From Candidatus Electrothrix yaqonensis (GTDB lineage: Bacteria; Desulfobacterota; Desulfobulbia; Desulfobulbales; Desulfobulbaceae): a stretch of DNA of 32,000 bases. Under the pieces are notes generated by a model. The model worked only from the letters and a program-made list of their open reading frames with translations, was not told the origin of the DNA and made no database searches. The position numbers and the translations under genes are program-made. Location of the stretch: positions 2,160,001 through 2,192,000 of the forward strand of contig CP178758.1 of NCBI GenBank assembly GCA_047651235.1, given 5' to 3'. Numbering within the stretch: the first letter of the stretch is position 1; each line of letters begins with the position of its first letter. Shown in pieces: positions 26,540-32,000 of this stretch.

Positions 26540-28525
26540 ATGCAACAAAAAACAGTCTTTGTTTTTGATCTTGATGGGACCATGAATCATGCCGCGCCTG
26601 TGCCCGGCGGCTTACCCATTCGGGGCCGAACAACCGATTCGTTTCTGGATGGGCGGGTTATTGAGCTGCTACTCGAACTTGCAGAGGTGACCGATCTGTA
26701 TGTTGCGACCGGCAGGTCACGGACAACCGTCGAGGATTTCAGGAGTCATTTTTCTGCTGCCGGTATCCGGATTTCCGGCTGGATACTGGAGCACGGCACC
26801 CAGATTAAGGGCCACCCAGCCTGGACGGAAAAAGTCCTGACCGGGATCGATCTTGTTGCGGTTCATGCCCGGGCCGGAGAAATTATTCAGAAGAACGGTT
26901 ATACCATTGATACGGAATGCTACCGGGAGGCGCATCAGTCCATTCTGCTGTACTCCGGCAGGGACCGGTGCGAGGCCGAAGCACTGCTGTCCCGGCTTGC
27001 CGGTGTACTGAACAACCGCTTCAGAACCATTGTCGGCTCCCGGAAGATTGTCCTTATTCCCAAAGGTGGCGATAAATATGCTGCTTTCCAAGCCGTGTTC
27101 GGAAAAACGCATACTCTCTGCTGTGCAGCCGGTGATATGCCAGATGACCTGACCCTGTTGCGCCACGCAGCTTTTCCTCTGACCCTGCGGAGCGCTTCCC
27201 CCCTTGTGCAGAGATATGTGGAGGAGCGCGGCGGTTTTGTCGCTGCCGAGGGCGGGCATGAGGGGACGGCAGAAGTTCTCCGGGCGGCCCTGGCATATTT
27301 CCGGGGTAAACATTCCGGGCTGCCTGTGCCTGGTCCGCGCCTGCCTGTGGAAGAGATGGAATCCTTCCGGCCTTCCCGATGCAGTTTTCTGGACCGGCTG
27401 TTCCGCGATGTTCGGTTTCCTGAACAAGAACCGGATATTGATCGGATCAGGCAGGCAGCCTCTCAGCTTGATGGAGGCAGAAATACTGTTGTTGAAGTAC
27501 GGATGCGGGACTGGGGCGGAGAAGCGAAATCTTTGCGCAGCCTGCTCAACGCAATGGTTCCGCTTATTCCGTATGCGCACTGGCGGCTTGTCTTTCGGCA
27601 GGAACGTCTTGGTGCAGACAATCTGCAGGATTTTCAGGTCATCACGGCTCGACTGGCCGATTTCTCTTTGCTGCCCGACGGGACGCACCGTTTTTCTGCG
27701 CCCGGTGTGCCGAACTCGCCACAAGAAGAAAGGGAATCCGCAATAACCTTATTGCTCTATGATCATCCGGAGGATATGGGGCCTTGGTATGATCATGCTG
27801 TACCCCGGCTGATAACCCGCCATCCGCAGGATACTACAGCTTGGTTTATCAATCCGATGTTTCTGAAGATTTCCGGCATCAGCACTGGACTGACCAGTAA
27901 GAATCGTGCTGCCCGGCAGATACACTATGCAGGCCCCAAGGTCATGATGGCGGCAAATATCGTCGATGACACGGATATCCGGATTGCCGTGCAGGGATTC
28001 GAGCAGTTATCCCCTGCTCTGGACGCGCTTATTCTTGCACCCCGTGTGGTAACCAATCCGCAGCGCAATAAAAAAATCAGAGAAGCTGCAGCCTCTGTCA
28101 GCAAAGAGATATCCTTTCTTTCCCGGCTCTCCCCGACAGACCGCCCCCGTATCCTCCTGGTCGATACCTACGGTGACTTAGAAAATTTGTATACCCATTG
28201 CTGCATAACCTATCTGGGTGGCGGCTTTGACCCGAGAAAACGAGGTTTTGATCCTATGGAATCTCTGGCTGCCAAGGTACCGGTTATTTTGGGGCCGCTC
28301 TATGATTTCAACCGGATAGCAGTAGACTCGTTCAGGCAGACCGGGTGGGTAAATATCCTTACGCAGGAAGAAACCGGTGTAGAGGATTTTGTCGGCATCG
28401 CTAAAAATTTACTGAAGCGTAAACCGGATGGCCGGACATTACACAATGTTTTGCAAATCCGAAGATTGGATACCCTGCGTATTGCAGAGGAACTGCTGCA
28501 GGATTTTGCAAAAACAGGGGGATGA
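26540..28525 (+). CDS. Fusion protein: N-terminal HAD phosphatase + C-terminal GT-B glycosyltransferase resembling Kdo transferase (WaaA/KdtA, GT30)
   Basis: HAD motifs VFVFDLDGTMNH, VATGRS and AAGDMPDDLTLL. The C-terminal RILLVDTYGDLENLYTHCCITYLGGGFDPRKRGFDPMESLAAKVPVILGPLYDFNRIA aligns by eye with the WaaA pattern GDSMGEL..LY..AD.AFVGGSLV..GGHNPLE.AA...PV..GP....F..I. Confidence 0.65.
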   Translation: MQQKTVFVFDLDGTMNHAAPVPGGLPIRGRTTDSFLDGRVIELLLELAEVTDLYVATGRSRTTVEDFRSHFSAAGIRISGWILEHGTQIKGHPAWTEKVLTGIDLVAVHARAGEIIQKNGYTIDTECYREAHQSILLYSGRDRCEAEALLSRLAGVLNNRFRTIVGSRKIVLIPKGGDKYAAFQAVFGKTHTLCCAAGDMPDDLTLLRHAAFPLTLRSASPLVQRYVEERGGFVAAEGGHEGTAEVLRAALAYFRGKHSGLPVPGPRLPVEEMESFRPSRCSFLDRLFRDVRFPEQEPDIDRIRQAASQLDGGRNTVVEVRMRDWGGEAKSLRSLLNAMVPLIPYAHWRLVFRQERLGADNLQDFQVITARLADFSLLPDGTHRFSAPGVPNSPQEERESAITLLLYDHPEDMGPWYDHAVPRLITRHPQDTTAWFINPMFLKISGISTGLTSKNRAARQIHYAGPKVMMAANIVDDTDIRIAVQGFEQLSPALDALILAPRVVTNPQRNKKIREAAASVSKEISFLSRLSPTDRPRILLVDTYGDLENLYTHCCITYLGGGFDPRKRGFDPMESLAAKVPVILGPLYDFNRIAVDSFRQTGWVNILTQEETGVEDFVGIAKNLLKRKPDGRTLHNVLQIRRLDTLRIAEELLQDFAKTGG

Positions 28526-28541
28526 AAAGATGTCCCCCTGT
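28508..28541 (-). terminator. Terminator for terD (possibly bidirectional), overlapping the stop codon of the convergent HAD-GT gene
   Basis: A 9-bp GC-rich stem pairs ACAGGGGGA (28514-28522) with TCCCCCTGT (28533-28541) around a 10-nt loop. On the minus strand the hairpin is followed by TTTTTGC. Confidence 0.6.
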
Positions 28542-28560
28542 TTCCACAACAAAAAAACGA

Positions 28561-29142
28561 TCAGGCCGCACTTACGCCGTATTTTGCGCAGACCTGCCCA
28601 AGCCCTTCCTCTGATCCCTGCCCTACAGCCTTAAACTTCCATTCGCCGTTTTTAAGATACACTTCGCCAAATATCACTGCGGTCTCCTTAAAAAAATCTT
28701 CAGTCAGGTCGTAACGCGTAATTTCCACATCATCGACTGCGTTGACAATCCGAATAAAGGCATTCTCCACCATCCCGAAGTTCTGACCGCGTTTGTCTGC
28801 TTCGTGAATTGTCACCACAAATACGGCTTTAACCAGTTCCGGGGGCATATCTTTCAGCGACATCATGATGACCTCGTCATCCCCTTCACCTTCGCCGGTC
28901 AGGTTATCCCCGGTATGGACAACAGCACCATTGGCGCCCTGCAGGTTGCCGTAGAAAATAAAATCCTGGTCACCCGTCACTTTGCCGTCCGCACCGCAAA
29001 GAAATATCGAGGCATCAAGATCAAACTCAGCCCCGCCCAGAGCTTGGGCATCCCAGCCGCAGCCGACCTTGATGGCTTCCAGTCCCGGAGCTTCTTTGCT
29101 CAAAGAAATATTGGCGCCTTTTTTTAATGATAATACAGCCAT
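28561..29142 (-). CDS. terD: TerD-family tellurite/stress resistance protein (canonical, Ca2+-binding motifs intact)
   Basis: MAVLSLKKGANISLSKE, FDLDASIFLCGADGKV, GDNLTGEGEGDDEVI, ENAFIRIVN and EWKFKAVGQG. It is collinear with TerD/TerE/TerZ. Confidence 0.92.
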   Translation of the reverse strand: MAVLSLKKGANISLSKEAPGLEAIKVGCGWDAQALGGAEFDLDASIFLCGADGKVTGDQDFIFYGNLQGANGAVVHTGDNLTGEGEGDDEVIMMSLKDMPPELVKAVFVVTIHEADKRGQNFGMVENAFIRIVNAVDDVEITRYDLTEDFFKETAVIFGEVYLKNGEWKFKAVGQGSEEGLGQVCAKYGVSAA

Positions 29143-29198
29143 GTCTTTTCTCCTTGTCAGTTATGTTTCCAGTTGTCAGGTTGTTGGTCAACGCCTGC

Positions 29199-29891
29199 TT
29201 ATTTTCTTCCTGTTCCTTTGCAGAACACACAGTTTCCGCCTGCACCTTTGCACATAGGGCATGGAACACCTGTCGGCGACGGTCCCGGCTGTGACGGTGG
29301 TGATGAAGGCGTCTGTCGGGGAGGAGGCGGTGCTGAAGACGGCAGGGCCTTCGGTGCCGACTTCGGGGCTGACCCGGTATTGAGGGACAGATTGAATTCT
29401 CCGGCCAGCGAGTGGACATCCACCCGTATGACTTGGGCATGACGTTCAATACAGGCCTGCTCTTGGGGGTCACAATCCCCGTCAGCAGCGGCAACTGCCA
29501 GAGCACAGAGAATGACCAGTCTGGCCAGTTCCGGATCCTCAATATTTCGGACAGCCAAGAGAATAGCCTCCTCATCGCAGAGAAAAGCCGATACCGCATA
29601 GTGCTCCATCTTCTTGACGAGTTCATCTATGCTGAACATTTCCAAGATAGGAGTATCCCGACAATTCTGCAACAGAAATTTACGGAATTCTTCCAATTCT
29701 TCCCGGTACAGCCGCCCGTTCTGCGAGGCAACATCGCCGACTACGGCACAGAGTGCCTCGACAAACGGCTCAAATTTTTTCCGTTTAAACCTATTCCCGA
29801 TTCCTTTGAATGCATTGCCCACGCCGCCGATAAAATCAGCAGATGAGTTGACCATCTGCTCTCCGGTCCGCCCCCAATTTCTTTGCGCCAT
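29199..29891 (-). CDS. terB: TerB-domain protein with Pro-rich linker and C-terminal CxxCxGxG-x2-CxxCxGxG zinc knuckle
   Basis: RFKRKKFEPFVEALCAVVGDVASQNGRLYREELEEFRKFL and LVILCALAVAAADGDCDPQEQACIERHAQ align with E. coli TerB as remembered. The C-terminus is SAPPPPRQTPSSPPSQPGPSPTGVPCPMCKGAGGNCVFCKGTGRK. Confidence 0.8.
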   Translation of the reverse strand: MAQRNWGRTGEQMVNSSADFIGGVGNAFKGIGNRFKRKKFEPFVEALCAVVGDVASQNGRLYREELEEFRKFLLQNCRDTPILEMFSIDELVKKMEHYAVSAFLCDEEAILLAVRNIEDPELARLVILCALAVAAADGDCDPQEQACIERHAQVIRVDVHSLAGEFNLSLNTGSAPKSAPKALPSSAPPPPRQTPSSPPSQPGPSPTGVPCPMCKGAGGNCVFCKGTGRK

Positions 29892-30170
29892 TGTATGGCC
29901 CTCCCTCTTTTTGTCTCAAAAATACACCGGAACATACTGATCTTTCCTTTGTTCTAACTGCTCTGCGCGCAATCCCGAACAACTCCACCCGGACAACAGT
30001 CTGCGGAAGATATCTCAGGGAGTCAGCATTTACAGTCTATCAGAAATAAAGTATAAATCAAATGGTTGTATGCGTTCCCCGTTCTCTATAGCTCTTCGGC
30101 AGAATTCCTGCAATAAGATTATGTATCTCCGACCGCATTTCTCCGATAATGAATCACTACTGCACGACTG

Positions 30171-32000
30171 ATGAAGATTTCATTTTCGCTCCGCCTTAAG
30201 CTCGCCCTTCTTTCCCTGCTGCTCCTGCTTTTCCCTTTCCTGGGTATGCGCTTGAACGATTCCCTGAAAAACAGCCTGATCACCAGTCAGCAGGATACGC
30301 TCTCTCTGACTGCCCAGGCTGTCTCAGCTGCCCTGACCGACCGGCACGACCTTTTTGTCCGGGAACAGTTCCATGAGCTGAATCAGGACCGTGACCTGTA
30401 TCTGTTTCAGCTTTCCAATACGATCAGACTGAACGGCAATCTGGATGACTGGCGTCCGGAACTGAGCGAAGCCGAAGAGTTTGCCAGCGAGCATCTGATC
30501 AGTTCGGACGGCAGCTATACCCTGCGGACCCTCAACTTCCGCCATCTTGCCGGAAAGCAGGACAAATATCTGTATGCCCTGTTTGATGTGCAGGACGATC
30601 ATGTGGTGTACAGAAGCAGAAATTCGCTGCGTCTTGATCGGTCAGATCATCTGCAGGTTGTGATCGGCGATGAAACAGAACAACGAAAATACTTCATCAC
30701 AGCCCATGCCCAGGGCTGGGTCAACGGGTTCCTGATGCCGAACAATCCGATCAAATTTCCTGTCAGTGAACAGAGGATTCAGGGGGTATGGAAGCAGAAC
30801 GATAAAGGCTATATTATTGAAATACGGATTCCGCTGGAACTGCTTGATGATAAGCTAGCCTTTACCGTTGCGGATGTGGATGATGAAAAAAGCCGGAAGA
30901 TCAAAACTTTGATCGGGACATCCAACCTGAATGAAAACAAGGCACCCGGCTGGCTGCTTTCCACCTCCACTTCCATCGAAGAGCTGCTCAAATCGCTTGA
31001 CCGTCCTTATGCGCGAATCAGGATTGTTGACCGTAATCAGCGGGTCAGAGCTCAGGTCGGCAGCCTGCGGACCTCCAAAGAAATTCGCACAGAACCGGAC
31101 AGCTTCTCTTCCCGCATCAATGAGTTCCTTCACCCTTTGTATCGTTTCTTCATTGATCCTTTTCTTATCGAATTCCAGGATCAGGCTTCCCAGCCCACGG
31201 AACTTGATCTGCAGGGCATTAAAGAAGGGCTTGAAGGCCGCCATTCCATTACCAGCTACCTGATGGAGGACGGGCAGGTGGAGGTCATGGCAGCAATTAC
31301 CCCCCTGTATGAACAGGAAAAGATCATCGGCGCAGTGGTGGTGGAGCAGACCACCAACTCTATCCTCTCCCTGAGCAACCGCTTGATCGAAGAAACGATC
31401 TCCCTGTCCGTGATCGCCTTTCTGTTCGGCGGCGGGATACTGCTTCTGTTCGCCTTCCGTATTTCAGCCAGAATCCGCCGGCTGCGCAATCAGGCCGCCT
31501 CCGCAATCACCCCGGACGGCCGTATCCGTAACACCGTCAACAGAGACGGATCCGGTGATGAAATCGGTGATCTGGGCAGGACCCTGGATTCCATGCTCAA
31601 CCAGCTGCAGCAGCAGATTGAACATCGGGAGCAGATGGCGGATAACTTGGAACACGAGATGCGCACCCCGCTGGCCGGAATTGCCGCATCCCTGAAAAAT
31701 TTACACCAGGAACAGCTTACGGAAAATCCTGCGGACAATATTATAGAGTATATCCAATGGGCAGAGCGCGATGTCATGCGGATGGAGGAGCTGCTGACCT
31801 CAATCCGGGAAGCAACCAGCCTGAAAAACGCTCTGGTGCAGGAAAGTATGGAAGAGCTGGATCTCGGCAGGGCAATTTCCATGTGGCTTGAACATGGATG
31901 GCGGCTCAGCTTCAGCGGAGTTAACTTGGTGTATCAGGGCCCTGAGCAAGAGATTCCGGTCAAAGGCGACCCGGTCAGGCTGCGTCAGGCTCTGGACAAA
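30171..32000 (+). CDS. Sensor histidine kinase (periplasmic sensor domain + TM + HAMP + HisKA), partial, runs off window end
   Basis: The frame is open from ATG 30171 to base 32000 (610 codons). It is absent from the ORF track, presumably because no stop is reached. N-terminal TM LKLALLSLLLLLFPFL, then a ~370-aa extracytoplasmic region, then a second TM ISLSVIAFLFGGGILLLFAF. The HAMP region contains GDEIGDLGRTLDSMLNQL, the H-box is LEHEMRTPLAGI, and the sequence ends VKGDPVRLRQALDK. Confidence 0.8.
   Translation, partial: MKISFSLRLKLALLSLLLLLFPFLGMRLNDSLKNSLITSQQDTLSLTAQAVSAALTDRHDLFVREQFHELNQDRDLYLFQLSNTIRLNGNLDDWRPELSEAEEFASEHLISSDGSYTLRTLNFRHLAGKQDKYLYALFDVQDDHVVYRSRNSLRLDRSDHLQVVIGDETEQRKYFITAHAQGWVNGFLMPNNPIKFPVSEQRIQGVWKQNDKGYIIEIRIPLELLDDKLAFTVADVDDEKSRKIKTLIGTSNLNENKAPGWLLSTSTSIEELLKSLDRPYARIRIVDRNQRVRAQVGSLRTSKEIRTEPDSFSSRINEFLHPLYRFFIDPFLIEFQDQASQPTELDLQGIKEGLEGRHSITSYLMEDGQVEVMAAITPLYEQEKIIGAVVVEQTTNSILSLSNRLIEETISLSVIAFLFGGGILLLFAFRISARIRRLRNQAASAITPDGRIRNTVNRDGSGDEIGDLGRTLDSMLNQLQQQIEHREQMADNLEHEMRTPLAGIAASLKNLHQEQLTENPADNIIEYIQWAERDVMRMEELLTSIREATSLKNALVQESMEELDLGRAISMWLEHGWRLSFSGVNLVYQGPEQEIPVKGDPVRLRQALDK

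Overview
Moderately GC-rich bacterial chromosomal DNA. All calls rest on motif recognition by eye in the supplied ORF translations plus hand alignment of nucleotides. No database or HMM search was run, and the taxon cannot be established from the sequence alone. The window falls into three blocks. (1) 1-10.8 kb is a tightly packed plus-strand housekeeping or salvage array. It holds a DUF218/YdcF-like protein, argJ, a large secreted MORN-repeat protein, an M20 amidohydrolase, a YbdK-type carboxylate-amine ligase, a signal-less gamma-glutamyltransferase and the permease pair yejB/yejE. No ABC ATPase or binding protein is present. (2) 10.8-17.2 kb is a rearranged region. An intact type-B sdhA/frdA flavoprotein gene has no Fe-S or cytochrome b partner. 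It is bracketed by two ~1.5-1.6 kb cassettes, one carrying a linalool-dehydratase-like protein plus a small membrane protein and one carrying a TPM/YgcG-like protein. Beyond those cassettes lie degenerate copies of sdhA's own 3' and 5' ends. (3) 17.2-29.9 kb is the most interesting part, a non-canonical Ter-family (tellurite-resistance-type) locus. It encodes an atypical Ser/Thr kinase with a Zn-ribbon and FHA-like tail and a PMCA-type Ca2+ P-type ATPase. A terminator follows, then a six-gene operon: two Ter-type phosphoribosyltransferases, a divergent TerD-like protein with an N-terminal CxxC zinc knuckle, a HAD phosphatase, a 434-aa protein with no recognisable domain, and a HAD fused to a Kdo-transferase-like GT-B glycosyltransferase. 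This operon converges on a canonical Ca2+-motif TerD and a TerB carrying a C-terminal CxxCxGxG zinc knuckle. TerC, TelA, TerY/vWA, PP2C, the Ter ATP-grasp and the C-C lyase are all absent from the window. A partial HAMP/HisKA sensor kinase runs off the 3' end. I found no rRNA, tRNA, CRISPR array, transposase or integrase.
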